Assembly (NCBI GenBank): GCA_019119395.1
Contig: DWXC01000013.1
Span: 16,884 to 80,883 of the forward strand
DNA length: 64,000 nucleotides
Reading direction: 5' to 3'
Source: Candidatus Borkfalkia stercoripullorum
GTDB taxonomy: Bacteria > Bacillota > Clostridia > Christensenellales > Borkfalkiaceae
In this document: positions 1-10,241 of the stretch, piece after piece
How the letters are laid out: each line of letters opens with the position of its first letter
Numbering within the stretch: position 1 is the stretch's first letter
The notes under the pieces: generated by a model
Told to the model about the DNA's origin: nothing
Seen by the model: the letters and a program-made list of their open reading frames with translations, nothing else
Database searches by the model: none
Translations under genes and position numbers: made by a program

Positions 1-2
1 GC

Positions 3-116
3 GGGTTCTGCTATACGCAGCTTTCCGACGTCCAACAGGAGGTCAACGGGCTTTTGTATGAAGACAGGACGCCCAAAGTCCCCCTCGAAAAAATCGCAAA
101 GCGGAACAGGCGTTAA
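3..116 (+). CDS. 3' end of a glycoside hydrolase (GH2-like), partial at window edge
   Basis: Translates [25 protein letters not shown]...*, matching the C-terminal GxCYTQLtDvEQExNGL motif of GH2-type enzymes. Confidence 0.65.
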   Translation, partial: GFCYTQLSDVQQEVNGLLYEDRTPKVPLEKIAKRNRR

Positions 117-144
117 ACACCGCGAAAGCAAAATAATAGAACGC

Positions 145-180
145 ATGGGGGCGGATATCCGAAAGGATATCCGCCCCCAT
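145..180. terminator. Hairpin terminator between convergent genes
   Basis: ATGGGGGCGGATATCC-GAAA-GGATATCCGCCCCCAT, a perfect 16-bp stem. Confidence 0.75.
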
Positions 181-230
181 GCGTTATGATCGCTTCGTAC
201 ATTCGTTGGTTTGTGACCGGTCAAAGGTCG

Positions 231-1100
231 TCAGGAGGAGAACGGCTGCGTCACGATCGCGCGGTAAGCCGTGTTTTGCGTGCTTACGGTCGCTTCCGCG
301 TCCTTTATGGAAACGGAAAGCGTGCCGCCGTCGGGCAGTTTTACGCCCGTCAGGGAAAGTTCTCCGCTTCGGAGCGCTTTGCACAGGAGCGGGCGCACGG
401 ACACCGTTTTCGGCCGCGCGTCCGCCGCAATGCCGAAAATGTCCTCCACGATCAGCCGGATGTATTGCGACGCCGTCCATGCGTACCGCTTTACGCCCTG
501 ACCGCTGCCGTTGAGGGGCTGTAAAAATTCGTAATACTTTGCGTTGAATTCCATGACCGTCCGATAGGCGAGGTCGGCGGCGAGCTGCTCGTATCCGCTG
601 TCTTTCAGCCCCTGCACGATGGCTTCATTGAGCAGCGTCCATACGCTGCCGCTCCAGCTGGCGTTGAACTGATAGTCGCCTTCCGTGACGGTAAACTGCG
701 GGTCTTTGCGCGACGCCGAAAAGACGGGAAAGGTGTCCCAGCCGAAATCTTTGCCCGTGAGCAGGGAAACGAGCCTTTCCGCGCGTTCTTTCGGGGCGAT
801 CCCTTTGCGCAGGGGCAGAAAGGCGGAAGCCATTAAAAAATTTTCATGCGTTTTCGATTTGAGCAGATAGGGGTAGTACGCGCCCTTCTCCTCGTCCCAA
901 AGCCGGCGGTTGATCGCGTCCGAAAATTCCTGCCGCAGGGCTTCGTAACGTTCGGCCGCGCGTCCGTCGCCCAGCCTTCGCGCAAGCGCGGCAGCCTCGC
1001 CCAGCCCCGCGACGATCTCTACGTTCGTATCCACTATAAAAGAAACGGCGTATTCCGTCAAGCGTCTTCTTTTTTTCTTCCGAATAATCTTAATAAGCAA
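231..1100 (-). pseudogene. 5'-truncated (alpha/alpha)6 glycoside hydrolase (MGH1/GH63/trehalase-like C-terminal half)
   Basis: VDTN..., LWDEEKGAYY, WSGSVW, EFLQPLNGSGQG and YAWTAS motifs; the N-terminus (MLIKIIRKKKRRR) is not GH-like and has no good RBS. Confidence 0.55.
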
Positions 1101-1215
1101 AGCGCCGCGCGGCGCGGTCGCGGGGCGCGATTTTTTCCTTGCTTTCGGGCGGGGGAAAAGGCCGAAAGTTAAACTCTGCTTATACCTTCTATCAATTCTT
1201 TAAGTGGCCGATTCG

Positions 1216-1244
1216 TTGATTTTTGTTTTTCGCGGGTTTATAAT
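1216..1244 (+). promoter_or_regulatory. sigA-type promoter of the glt operon
   Basis: TTGATT-17 nt-TATAAT. Confidence 0.6.
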
Positions 1245-1292
1245 TTTTCCGTTAGAAATCAAAGACCTTTCTGGTCTATGGGAGAGTTCTTT

Positions 1293-2384
1293 ATGTTACG
1301 GGAAGGACAGCAGAGGATCCCCTCCGGGTGCGCCATATCGGGCGTCATCGACAGGAGCGGAAAGGGAATGAGCGGAGACGTCATGATCCGCTCCATTTCC
1401 GTCATGCACGACCGTTCCAACGGTCTGGGCGGCGGCTTTGCGGGGTACGGCATTTATCCCGACTACCGCGATTTTTACGCGTTCCACCTCTTTTACGACG
1501 ATACGTTCGCCAAATCGAACACGGAAGAGTACCTCGGCAGGCATTTCGAGATCGCCTACGCGTCCGAAATTCAGACGCGCAAGATCCCCGAGATCTGCGA
1601 CGAGCCGCTCATTTACCGCTACTTCGTTTCGCCCCTTTCGAGGAAACTTGAAAGTTCGCATCTTGACGAAGCGGAATACGTCGTGCGGTGCGTGAACAAA
1701 ATAAACACCTTCGTCAAGGGGGCGTACGTCTTTTCTTCGGGCAAAAACATGGGCATTTTCAAGGCGGTCGGCTTTCCCGAAGACGTGGGCAGGTTTTACA
1801 GATTGGACGAATATTCGGGTTACAGCTGGACGTGCCACGGGCGTTACCCGACCAACACGCCCGGCTGGTGGGGCGGCGCGCACCCTTTCGGGCTGTTGGA
1901 TTTTTCCATCGTACACAACGGGGAGATCTCCTCTTACGACGCCAACCGTCGCTACATCGAAATGTTCGGCTACAAGTGCAATCTGCAGACGGATACCGAG
2001 GTCATCACTTACATATTCGACTACCTCGTCCGCCGCAAAAAGCTGACGCTCGAGGAGGCGGCGCACGTCGTCGCGCCTTCTTTCTGGTCTACCATATCAC
2101 GCAAAGGGGAAGAAGAACGGGAGCAGGAGACGCTCTTGCGGAAGATGTTCTCTTCTCTCCTCGTCACGGGGCCGTTCTCCGTTATCCTCGGCTACACGGG
2201 CGGGCTGATGGCGCTCGGCGACAGGCTCAAACTCCGTTCCACCGTCGTCGCGGAAAAGGGCGACAAAGCGTATATCGCCAGCGAAGAGAGCGCCATACGC
2301 GTGGTAGAGCCCGAACTCGACAAAGTCTGGGCGCCGGCGGGCGGCGAACCCGTCGTCTTTGAATTGTACGGAGGCAGAAAATGA
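1293..2384 (+). CDS. Class II glutamine amidotransferase (GltB1-type glutamate synthase subunit)
   Basis: MLREGQQRIPSGCAISG start after GGAGAG; DRSNGLGGGF, HGRYPTN, VHNGEI and TDTEV Ntn-GATase motifs. Confidence 0.9.
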   Translation: MLREGQQRIPSGCAISGVIDRSGKGMSGDVMIRSISVMHDRSNGLGGGFAGYGIYPDYRDFYAFHLFYDDTFAKSNTEEYLGRHFEIAYASEIQTRKIPEICDEPLIYRYFVSPLSRKLESSHLDEAEYVVRCVNKINTFVKGAYVFSSGKNMGIFKAVGFPEDVGRFYRLDEYSGYSWTCHGRYPTNTPGWWGGAHPFGLLDFSIVHNGEISSYDANRRYIEMFGYKCNLQTDTEVITYIFDYLVRRKKLTLEEAAHVVAPSFWSTISRKGEEEREQETLLRKMFSSLLVTGPFSVILGYTGGLMALGDRLKLRSTVVAEKGDKAYIASEESAIRVVEPELDKVWAPAGGEPVVFELYGGRK

Positions 2385-3889
2385 ACGACACGCTCTTTAT
2401 GTATCCCGAATACGAAGTCGTTCGGGATGCCGATAAATGTATCGCCTGCCGCGTCTGCGAAAGGCAGTGCGCCAACGAAGTGCATTCTTACGACCCCGAT
2501 CTGAAAAAGATGTTCGCCGACAGCACAAAGTGCGTCAACTGCCACCGCTGCGTGTGCCTGTGCCCGACGCACGCCTTAAAGATCGTAAAGTCGGACGACA
2601 CCTATAAGATCAACGGGAACTGGAACAACCAGACCATCAACGAAGTGTACCGCCAGGCCGGCACGGGCGGCGTTCTGCTCTCTTCCATGGGCACGCCCAA
2701 GCCGTACCCCGTGTATTGGGACAAAATGCTCGTCAACGCGTCGCAGGTAACAAACCCTTCCATCGACCCTCTGCGCGAACCGATGGAAACGGCGGTGTAC
2801 CTCGGCAAAAAGACGGCGAAACTCGAACGCGACGAAAAGGGAAAACTCAAAGACACCCTGCCCCCGCAGCTCAAATTGAGCGTTCCCGTCATGTTCTCCG
2901 CCATGAGTTACGGCTCTATCTCCTACAACGCGCACGAATCGCTCGCGCGGGCGGCGGAAGAACTCGGCATCTATTACAACACGGGCGAAGGCGGCCTGCA
3001 TAAAGATTTCTATAAATACGGAAAGAACACCGTCGTGCAGGTCGCGTCGGGCAGGTTCGGGGTATTCAAAGACTACCTCGAGACCGCGGCTGCGATCGAG
3101 ATCAAGATGGGGCAGGGCGCGAAGCCGGGCATCGGCGGACACCTGCCCGGCAGCAAGATCACCGACGCCGTTTCCACCACCCGCATGATCCCGAAGGGGG
3201 TGGACGCCATTTCGCCCGCGCCGCATCACGACATCTATTCGATCGAAGACCTCCGCCAGCTCGTCTATTCGCTGAAAGAGGCGACGGGTTATAAAAAGCC
3301 CGTCATCGTGAAGATCGCGGCGGTGCACAACTGCGCGGCGATCGCCAGCGGCATCGCGAGGAGCGGGGCGGACATCATCGCCATCGACGGGTTCCGCGGC
3401 GGCACGGGCGCCGCGCCCACCCGCATCCGCGACAACGTGGGCATTCCCATCGAACTTGCGCTCGCGAGCGTGGATACGCGCCTTCGCGAAGAGGGGATAC
3501 GCGACAACGTTTCCGTCGTCGCGGCGGGCTCGGTGCGTTCGGCGGCCGACCTCGTGAAGGCGATCGCGCTCGGCGCGGACGCGTGCTACATCGGCACGGC
3601 GGCGCTTTTGTCCCTCGGCTGTCATCTGTGCCGCACCTGCCACCAGGGCAAGTGCAACTGGGGCATCGCCACGCAGGTGCCGGAACTCGTCAAACGGCTG
3701 AATCCCGAAGTCGGGTATAAGCGGCTCGTCAACCTCGTTACGGCTTGGAAGCACGAATTGCAGGAAATGATGGGCGGCATGGGCATCAACTCGGTCGAGG
3801 CGCTGCGCGGCAACAGGCTGATGCTGCGCGGCATAGGGCTGACCGACAGAGAACTGTCCGTACTGGGCATCCGCCACGCGGGCGAATAA
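2381..3889 (+). CDS. FMN-binding glutamate synthase subunit (GltB2 type) with N-terminal 2x[4Fe-4S]
   Basis: CxxCxxCxxxC twice; AMSYGS, NTGEGG, EIKMGQGAKPGIGGHLPG and CHLCRTCHQGKC motifs. Confidence 0.93.
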   Translation: MNDTLFMYPEYEVVRDADKCIACRVCERQCANEVHSYDPDLKKMFADSTKCVNCHRCVCLCPTHALKIVKSDDTYKINGNWNNQTINEVYRQAGTGGVLLSSMGTPKPYPVYWDKMLVNASQVTNPSIDPLREPMETAVYLGKKTAKLERDEKGKLKDTLPPQLKLSVPVMFSAMSYGSISYNAHESLARAAEELGIYYNTGEGGLHKDFYKYGKNTVVQVASGRFGVFKDYLETAAAIEIKMGQGAKPGIGGHLPGSKITDAVSTTRMIPKGVDAISPAPHHDIYSIEDLRQLVYSLKEATGYKKPVIVKIAAVHNCAAIASGIARSGADIIAIDGFRGGTGAAPTRIRDNVGIPIELALASVDTRLREEGIRDNVSVVAAGSVRSAADLVKAIALGADACYIGTAALLSLGCHLCRTCHQGKCNWGIATQVPELVKRLNPEVGYKRLVNLVTAWKHELQEMMGGMGINSVEALRGNRLMLRGIGLTDRELSVLGIRHAGE

Positions 3890-3902
3890 GAGAGGGCCGA
3901 AC

Positions 3903-4343
3903 ATGAAAAGGATCTATGCGGAAGAAAAGTGGTGCCTCGGCTGCCATCTCTGCGAATACGAATGCGCCTATGCAAATTCGGGGATCGCGGACATGGTCAA
4001 GGCGCTCAAAGGAAAAGACATATTCCCCCGGATCAAAGTGGAGGACGGCGACGGCGTACATTTTGCGGTCAACTGCCGCCATTGCTCCGATCCGATCTGC
4101 GTGAAAAGCTGTATCGCGGGCGCGCTGTCCCGCGACGGCGACGGCATGGTGCTCATCGATAAAGATAAGTGCGTCGGCTGTTATACCTGCGTCATGGTCT
4201 GCCCGTACGGGGCGATCATGCCCGCGGAAGGGGGTAAAGTCGCGCAAAAGTGCATGCTCTGTACCGACAATCAGATGAACGGCGAGCCCAACTGCGTGAA
4301 GCATTGCCCGAACCGCGCGATCGTGTTCGAGGATCGCGGCTGA
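3903..4343 (+). CDS. 4Fe-4S dicluster ferredoxin-like protein
   Basis: Four Cys clusters (CLGCHLCEYEC, CRHCSDPICVKSC, CVGCYTCVMVCP, KCMLC...CVKHCP). Confidence 0.9.
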   Translation: MKRIYAEEKWCLGCHLCEYECAYANSGIADMVKALKGKDIFPRIKVEDGDGVHFAVNCRHCSDPICVKSCIAGALSRDGDGMVLIDKDKCVGCYTCVMVCPYGAIMPAEGGKVAQKCMLCTDNQMNGEPNCVKHCPNRAIVFEDRG

Positions 4344-4357
4344 AAGGAGGAATCGCA

Positions 4358-5587
4358 ATGAAATACGTCATCATAGGGAACTCCACCGCCGCGCTCTACG
4401 CGGTGGAGGGCATCCGTTCCGTCGATAAAAAGGGAAAGATCACGATCGTCTCCGACGAAAAACACCCCGCTTACGGCAGGCCGCTCATCTCGTACTATCT
4501 GTACGGGAAGACCGACTTGGAGCACATCGCTTACCGCCCCGCGGATTTTTACGAAAAGATGGGCGTCGACCTGATTCTGGGGGAACGCGCCGTCAAAATC
4601 GAGCCGAAGGAGAAAAGAGTTCTCCTGCAAAGCGGCAAAAAAGCGGGGTATGACAAACTGCTCGTCGCAACGGGTTCGCGCCCCTTCGTCCCTCCCATGG
4701 AAGGGCTGGAAGAGGTGGAAAACAAATTCAGTTTCATGAAACTGGACGACGCATTTGCGCTGGAAAAGGCGCTCTCGCCCGAAAAGGACGTGCTCATCGT
4801 GGGCGCGGGGCTCATCGGGCTCAAATGTATGGAGGGCATCCTCGGAAGATGCCGCTCCGTCACCGTCATCGACCTTGCCGACAGAATACTGCCGAGCATT
4901 CTCGACGAGGGCGGCGCGGCCTTCGTGCAGAAGCAGCTCGAAAAGAAGGGCGTGCGCTTTCTCCTCGGCGACAGCGCCGCAAAATTCGGCAAAAACGTCG
5001 CCTATACCAAAAACGGGAAGGAAGTGCCTTTCGACGTCCTCGTCGTTGCGGTGGGCGTGCGCCCGAACACGGAACTCGTAAAGGACGCGGGCGGAGAGGT
5101 CGTGCGCGGCATCGTCACCGACGACGGGCAGAGAACGAGCATCCCCGACGTGTTCGCGGCGGGCGACAACTGCGAGAGTTTCGACATCTCTTCGGGCACG
5201 CGGCGCATTTTGGCGCTTCTGCCCAACGCCGCCCTGCAGGGTGAGTGCGCGGGCGTGAACATGGCGGGCGGCGACGCGCATTTCGCCAACGCCGTTCCGA
5301 TGAACGCCATCGGCTTTTTCGGCTCGCACATCGCCACGGCGGGCGTGTACGAAGGGGAATGCTTCGAAGATATCGCGCCCGATCACTATAAAAAGCTCTT
5401 TTACAAAGACAACGAACTCAAAGGCTATATCCTCATCGACTGTATCGAACGGGCGGGCATCTACACTTCCCTTATCAGGAACAAAACGCCCCTGTCGGAG
5501 GTCGATTTCAAACTTTTGGAAAAGTCGCCCGCGCTCATGGCGTTTTCGGCGGCGGCGCGCAGGGAAAAACTTGCGAGGAGGCAATGA
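4358..5587 (+). CDS. NAD(P)/FAD-dependent oxidoreductase
   Basis: AAAGGAGG RBS; IIGNSTAA, LLVATGS, VGAGLIGLK and VFAAGD motifs. Confidence 0.9.
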   Translation: MKYVIIGNSTAALYAVEGIRSVDKKGKITIVSDEKHPAYGRPLISYYLYGKTDLEHIAYRPADFYEKMGVDLILGERAVKIEPKEKRVLLQSGKKAGYDKLLVATGSRPFVPPMEGLEEVENKFSFMKLDDAFALEKALSPEKDVLIVGAGLIGLKCMEGILGRCRSVTVIDLADRILPSILDEGGAAFVQKQLEKKGVRFLLGDSAAKFGKNVAYTKNGKEVPFDVLVVAVGVRPNTELVKDAGGEVVRGIVTDDGQRTSIPDVFAAGDNCESFDISSGTRRILALLPNAALQGECAGVNMAGGDAHFANAVPMNAIGFFGSHIATAGVYEGECFEDIAPDHYKKLFYKDNELKGYILIDCIERAGIYTSLIRNKTPLSEVDFKLLEKSPALMAFSAAARREKLARRQ

Positions 5588-6312
5588 CCATGCGAATAGA
5601 GGCGAACGAAACGCTGCACTTTCAGAACCTGAACGAGTGCATCCGCACCTGCGGCGACAAGGAGATTTATATAGACAACTGCATCGGCCAGCGCTACATC
5701 GGCGCGGGTTCGGGCGGCAAGACCATTCACATCAAGGGCACGCCCGGCAACGCGCTCGGGGCGTATCTCGACGGCACGGACATCGTCGTCGAGGGCAACG
5801 CGCAGGACGCGATCGGCGACACGATGAACGCCGGCTCGATCACCGTGTACGGAAACGCGGGCGACGCCGCGGGCTACGCGATGCGCGGCGGCAGGATATT
5901 CATCAAGGGCGACGCGGGTTACCGCTGCGGAATCCACATGAAGGCGTATAAAGAAAACAAACCCGTCATCGTCATCGGCGGCAGGGCGGGAAGTTTCCTC
6001 GGGGAATATCAGGCGGGCGGCCTGATCGCCGTGCTCGGGCTGAACAAGGAAAACAGGCCGATCGTCGGCAACTTCTGCGGCACGGGGATGCACGGCGGAG
6101 AAATGTACATCCGCGGCGAACTGCCCGCGGGGCTTCCCGAACAGGTCAAGGCGGAAAAACTTACGGGCGTTTCCGACGCTTGGGTGCGCGGTATCCTGCA
6201 GGATTACGCCGCCGCTTTCGGGCTGGATACGAAAAAACTGCTCTCTTCCGTATATTACAGGCTCACGCCCGATACGGAAAATCCCTATCACAGGATGTAT
6301 ACGAACAACTGA
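5584..6312 (+). CDS. GXGXG-domain glutamate synthase subunit (GltB3 type)
   Basis: Repeated GxGxG beta-helix motifs (GQRYIG, GNALGAYLDG, AGSFLGEYQAGG, GTGMHGG). Confidence 0.9.
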   Translation: MTMRIEANETLHFQNLNECIRTCGDKEIYIDNCIGQRYIGAGSGGKTIHIKGTPGNALGAYLDGTDIVVEGNAQDAIGDTMNAGSITVYGNAGDAAGYAMRGGRIFIKGDAGYRCGIHMKAYKENKPVIVIGGRAGSFLGEYQAGGLIAVLGLNKENRPIVGNFCGTGMHGGEMYIRGELPAGLPEQVKAEKLTGVSDAWVRGILQDYAAAFGLDTKKLLSSVYYRLTPDTENPYHRMYTNN

Positions 6313-6323
6313 AAGGAGGAGAT

Positions 6324-6869
6324 ATGGAACGCCTCGCCGTTTATTGCGCTTCGGGCGATATGCTTGCGCGCGTCCGCGAGCGGTTTGAAAAGCGCGGCGT
6401 CGCCGCGCATTATACGACGGACAGCGCCGATGCGGAAAGATATCCCGCGATCGCTTTTATCATGCCGCATTTTTCCGAACCGTGCGTGCGGCAGGCGGCG
6501 GATTTCGCGGAAAAGGGCTGCGGCGTGGTCGTAGCCGTCCGTGCGGAGCATTACGATGACGCGCGCGCTTTTTTTACGGGTACGGGCGTTCTCGTGCTGA
6601 AACTTCCGCTGGACGCGGAATTGTTTGCGCAGGCGCTCGGCATCGCTCAGGACGTCGGCGCGAAACTGCGCCGCGCGAAAGAGGAAACGGAGGGGCTGAA
6701 AAACAAATTCGACGACTTAAAACTCGTAGACCGTGCGAAATGCGCGCTCATACAGTACCTGCGCATGACGGAGCAGGAAGCCCACCGCTTTATCGAAAAG
6801 CAGGCGATGAACAAGCGCGTGCCGAAACGGGAAGTCGCGCTGGAGATCTTAAAGACATACGAAAGCTGA
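6324..6869 (+). CDS. ANTAR-domain RNA-binding regulator with degenerate receiver domain
   Basis: AAAGGAGG RBS; C-terminal LVDRAKCALIQYLRMTEQEAHRFIEKQAMNKRVPKREVALEIL is an ANTAR domain. Confidence 0.85.
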   Translation: MERLAVYCASGDMLARVRERFEKRGVAAHYTTDSADAERYPAIAFIMPHFSEPCVRQAADFAEKGCGVVVAVRAEHYDDARAFFTGTGVLVLKLPLDAELFAQALGIAQDVGAKLRRAKEETEGLKNKFDDLKLVDRAKCALIQYLRMTEQEAHRFIEKQAMNKRVPKREVALEILKTYES

Positions 6870-6878
6870 CACTATGAT

Positions 6879-6924
6879 GAGAGGCAGCCCCCGCCGTTCG
6901 GCGGGGGCTGCCTCTCTTTTTTTT
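6879..6924 (+). terminator. Rho-independent terminator of the glt operon
   Basis: GAGAGGCAGCCCCCGCC-GTTC-GGCGGGGGCTGCCTCTC followed by a T run. Confidence 0.85.
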
Positions 6925-7792
6925 ATGTCGATCCGTCTTTCTTATATGCCGCGGGCGAAACGCCGAAGCGGCTTTTGAACGCTTTGGAAAAGGAGTGTAT
7001 GGTGTCGTACTGCAAAATTTCGGCGGTCTCCGTCACGCTTTTGTTTTCTTCCCCGAGAAGGGAAAGCGAATATTGCAGTTTCTTTTCCAAACAATAAGCG
7101 GTGGGGGAACAGCGCATCGCCGCGTGGAAGAGGTGGGAAAGGTATGACGCGCAGTACCCGAGTTTTTCGGAAAGTTCGGAAAGATTGCGGAAAGAGAGGA
7201 AGTTTTCGTCCAGATAAGAGAGCATGTTGAACAGGACTACTTCCGCGTTGCCCACGCTGGAAAGCCCGATCTTCCGTTCCCCGCGGTAGGCGCGCAGGAA
7301 GTTCGCGAGGATCTGGTCGATCGAAGTTTTGAGCACGAATGCGGACAGCGCGTCGTCCGCCGCATTGTTCGTGATCGCGTTCAGGAAAAATGTGGAAGTG
7401 CGGAAAGGGTCGGAGAGATAGACCTGCCCGTTTTGCTCTTCGATCTTTTTCAGCTCACCGTACAGCGGGTGGCTCTCTTTGAGTTGAAAACCGATGTAAA
7501 AATAGCGCATCGTGGAGTCGGGCGGGGCGCTGATGCAGTGCTTTTGGGGCGGGAAGGTAAAGTTGAGTTCGTTCGCCTTCATCCGCGCGGTCACCCCGTT
7601 GATCGTGTTGAGCGCGACGCCGTCGTACACGTAAGTGATCTCCGTGCAGATCTGTTCGTGTTCGGGGAAGCCCGACCCCGCGTTGCAGAAGCGTTCGCCG
7701 ATCTGCAGAAGGGTGAGATCTCCGAACTCTCTCGGCTGCAAAAAGTACTTGTGGTCGATATGGAATTTTTTTCTGTCGAATCCCTCTTTCAT
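6923..7792 (-). CDS. AraC family transcriptional regulator
   Basis: N-terminal cupin (HEQICTEITYVYDG); C-terminal LSEKLGYCASYLSHLF...VTETAEILQYDTIHSFSKAFKSRFGVSP. Confidence 0.9.
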   Translation of the reverse strand: MKEGFDRKKFHIDHKYFLQPREFGDLTLLQIGERFCNAGSGFPEHEQICTEITYVYDGVALNTINGVTARMKANELNFTFPPQKHCISAPPDSTMRYFYIGFQLKESHPLYGELKKIEEQNGQVYLSDPFRTSTFFLNAITNNAADDALSAFVLKTSIDQILANFLRAYRGERKIGLSSVGNAEVVLFNMLSYLDENFLSFRNLSELSEKLGYCASYLSHLFHAAMRCSPTAYCLEKKLQYSLSLLGEENKSVTETAEILQYDTIHSFSKAFKSRFGVSPAAYKKDGST

Positions 7793-8022
7793 ACCGATAT
7801 TATAACAGCACACGCGCCCAAAAGCAAGAGGTGTGCGCAATTTTGTTTTCGATTATAAAAATAAAAGCAATTCAGGACAAATTATTCAGCAAGGCAGTCC
7901 AAAGACAGCCCCGCCCGTTTGTGCTATAATGGGCGCGGAAAGGGGGCGGAAGATCGGCCGCGCCGTATGCTTCGTGTATCCGTGCGCGCATTTTTCGGTT
8001 TGTTCCGCAATCAGGTGAAAAC

Positions 8023-9288
8023 ATGAAAGAAAAGACAAAAAAGATCATCGCAAAAACCGTATCCCTGTGCCTTTGCGGGGCGCTTGTCGCGGGCGCGGCA
8101 AGTTTTGCCGGCTGTGCCGGCAAGCGCGACCCCGACACGGTGTACATTTCGCGCTGGGCGCTGGAATGGGAAAAGCCGCTGTTCGAGGCGTGGACGGCGG
8201 AGTTCGAGGCGCAAAATCCCGACATCGACGTGGAATGGGAGTTCACGCCCTACACCGCCCACTTCGACAGGCTGCGCACCGACCTTCTGAGCGGAGACGC
8301 GGCGGACATCATTTTCGTGAACAACTGGGGCTGGGAACCGTATTCCGAGATCGACGTGTTCGAAGATCTCGGCGCGGTGGAAAGCCTTTCGGCGACCCGC
8401 TCGGGCCTGCTCGCGGACGCGCAGAACGCTTTCCGTCAGGGGGATAAGGTCGTGGGCATCCCGATCGGCCTCGTTTCCCGCGTGCCCGTCGTCGGTACGG
8501 CGGACTTTGAAAAAGCGGACGTGGAGATCCCTTACGACAGGGATACCGCCTTTACGGGCGATGAACTCGTCGGGCTTCTCGGCGGCGTGGCGGATTCGGT
8601 CGGCAAGGCCATGGGCATCAACATCACGCTGACGGACGCGCTGTTCTCCTTCCTCGCGAGCGTGGGCGCGCCCCTCATCGAGGACGGTAAGATCCTCTGC
8701 AACACCTCCGACGGCATACGCGCCGTGCAGGAGTTCTATGACTTTGCGACGAGCGGCAGGGTCGTTCCTCTTTCGCAAAGTTACGGCGGCATGTACGGCA
8801 CGGCGGACAACGCCGTGATGACGGGCACCTGCGTGGCCGGCTATACCAATCCCGGCGGACTGAAGAGCCTGCTCGATTCGGGATGGGACATCGCCACCAT
8901 TCCCGGCGTGAAAGCGGAAGGGGGAGACGACGTCGTCCTGGCGGACTTCAACACCCTCGTCGTTCCCAAATTCAGTAAAGTCAAAGAAAAGGCTTATAAA
9001 GTCATCGAATGGATGCTCTCCAAGGAAGCGCAGCTCGATTACGCCGTTTTCAGCGACCTTCCGACAAATGCCGAAGCGTTTGAAGAGGTCATGAACGACG
9101 ATGCGAACTGGGATCCGACCCTGTACAGCGCGTACGGTGTCGGCATAGACAATCTGTACGTTCCGCCCGCGCTCTCCACGGATTTCCAGACTTTTCTCGG
9201 CGGATGCCTGAAAAACCTGCTCGACGGCGCGATCGACGCGGAGGAATTCTGCCGCAAGATGCAGGAAGAGGGCGAAGCGTATCTGTAA
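8023..9288 (+). CDS. Carbohydrate ABC transporter substrate-binding lipoprotein
   Basis: Lipobox FAGC; FEAQNPDIDVEWE, LLSGDAADI and WDIATIP family-1 SBP motifs. Confidence 0.88.
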   Translation: MKEKTKKIIAKTVSLCLCGALVAGAASFAGCAGKRDPDTVYISRWALEWEKPLFEAWTAEFEAQNPDIDVEWEFTPYTAHFDRLRTDLLSGDAADIIFVNNWGWEPYSEIDVFEDLGAVESLSATRSGLLADAQNAFRQGDKVVGIPIGLVSRVPVVGTADFEKADVEIPYDRDTAFTGDELVGLLGGVADSVGKAMGINITLTDALFSFLASVGAPLIEDGKILCNTSDGIRAVQEFYDFATSGRVVPLSQSYGGMYGTADNAVMTGTCVAGYTNPGGLKSLLDSGWDIATIPGVKAEGGDDVVLADFNTLVVPKFSKVKEKAYKVIEWMLSKEAQLDYAVFSDLPTNAEAFEEVMNDDANWDPTLYSAYGVGIDNLYVPPALSTDFQTFLGGCLKNLLDGAIDAEEFCRKMQEEGEAYL

Positions 9289-9303
9289 GAAAGGGGGAAC
9301 GAC

Positions 9304-10233
9304 GTGAAAAATTCCGGTTTGGCAAAGAGAGAGCGGATGGGGTGGGTGTTCGTCAGCCCCTGGATCGTCGGCTTTCTGCTTTTGACCCTCGTGCCGCTTC
9401 TGGTTTCGCTGTACATGGCGTTCCACGAGTGGGATATGTTTTCGGATCCCGTCTTTGTGGGGCTGGATAACTTCAAAAAACTGCTGAACACCGCGACGAT
9501 CGAAGGGCAGACATTTTTTGCGGCGCTGTCGAACACGCTCATCTATACGGTATGCACCGCGGTCATCAACATCGTGCTCGGCATCGCGATCGCCTGGGCG
9601 GTCGCCCGTTCGGGCGTTCTGAACACGGTCATGCGCTCGGTCATCTACCTTCCCTGTATGGTCATAGGCGTCGCGTTTTCCATGATGATGGGGCCGATCT
9701 TCGGAAGTTCCGACTATGCCTTCGTCAACCAGATCCTGCATGCGGTAGGGCTTCCTCCGCAGGAATGGCTGTTCACGCACGGGCAGGGCGTGTGGGTCAT
9801 GGTGTTCATGTCCTTTTGGGGCATCGGCGGCGCGATGATCGTGTTTGTTGCGGGTATCAAAACGGTCGACCAGTCCGTTTACGACGCCGCGTCTATCGAC
9901 GGGGCGAGCAACTTCAAGCTGCTTACGAAGATCTGCGTCCCGATGATCTCGCCCGTCATCGTCTATCAGACGATCATGAGCCTCATCTTCGGCATGCAGG
10001 TGTTCGACATCGCGGTCGGGCTGTCCTCGGCGGGCGGCACGGGCGGCAGTTTCGGCATGGGCATAGACAACAGCCTCGCGACCCTCGTCTTTTACCTTTA
10101 TAATAAAGGGTTCAGGGATTTCGAGATGGGAATGGCGAGCGCGATCGGCTGGCTCATCTTCCTCATCACTTCCGTCGTCAGCGTCGGGCTGTTCGCGTTC
10201 GTCCGCAAGACGGGTTATTTTAAAATGGATTGA
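9304..10233 (+). CDS. Carbohydrate ABC transporter permease
   Basis: FVGLDNF and EAA-like loop VYDAASIDGAS; GMASAIGW. Confidence 0.9.
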   Translation: MKNSGLAKRERMGWVFVSPWIVGFLLLTLVPLLVSLYMAFHEWDMFSDPVFVGLDNFKKLLNTATIEGQTFFAALSNTLIYTVCTAVINIVLGIAIAWAVARSGVLNTVMRSVIYLPCMVIGVAFSMMMGPIFGSSDYAFVNQILHAVGLPPQEWLFTHGQGVWVMVFMSFWGIGGAMIVFVAGIKTVDQSVYDAASIDGASNFKLLTKICVPMISPVIVYQTIMSLIFGMQVFDIAVGLSSAGGTGGSFGMGIDNSLATLVFYLYNKGFRDFEMGMASAIGWLIFLITSVVSVGLFAFVRKTGYFKMD

Positions 10234-10241
10234 GGCGGAAT

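Noticed and set aside
1254-1277. ANTAR dual-hairpin or attenuator in the glt leader (AGAAA/TTTCT versus AGACC/GGTCT)
   Set aside because: The stems are only 5 bp, the loops do not fit the hexaloop pattern and no terminator follows
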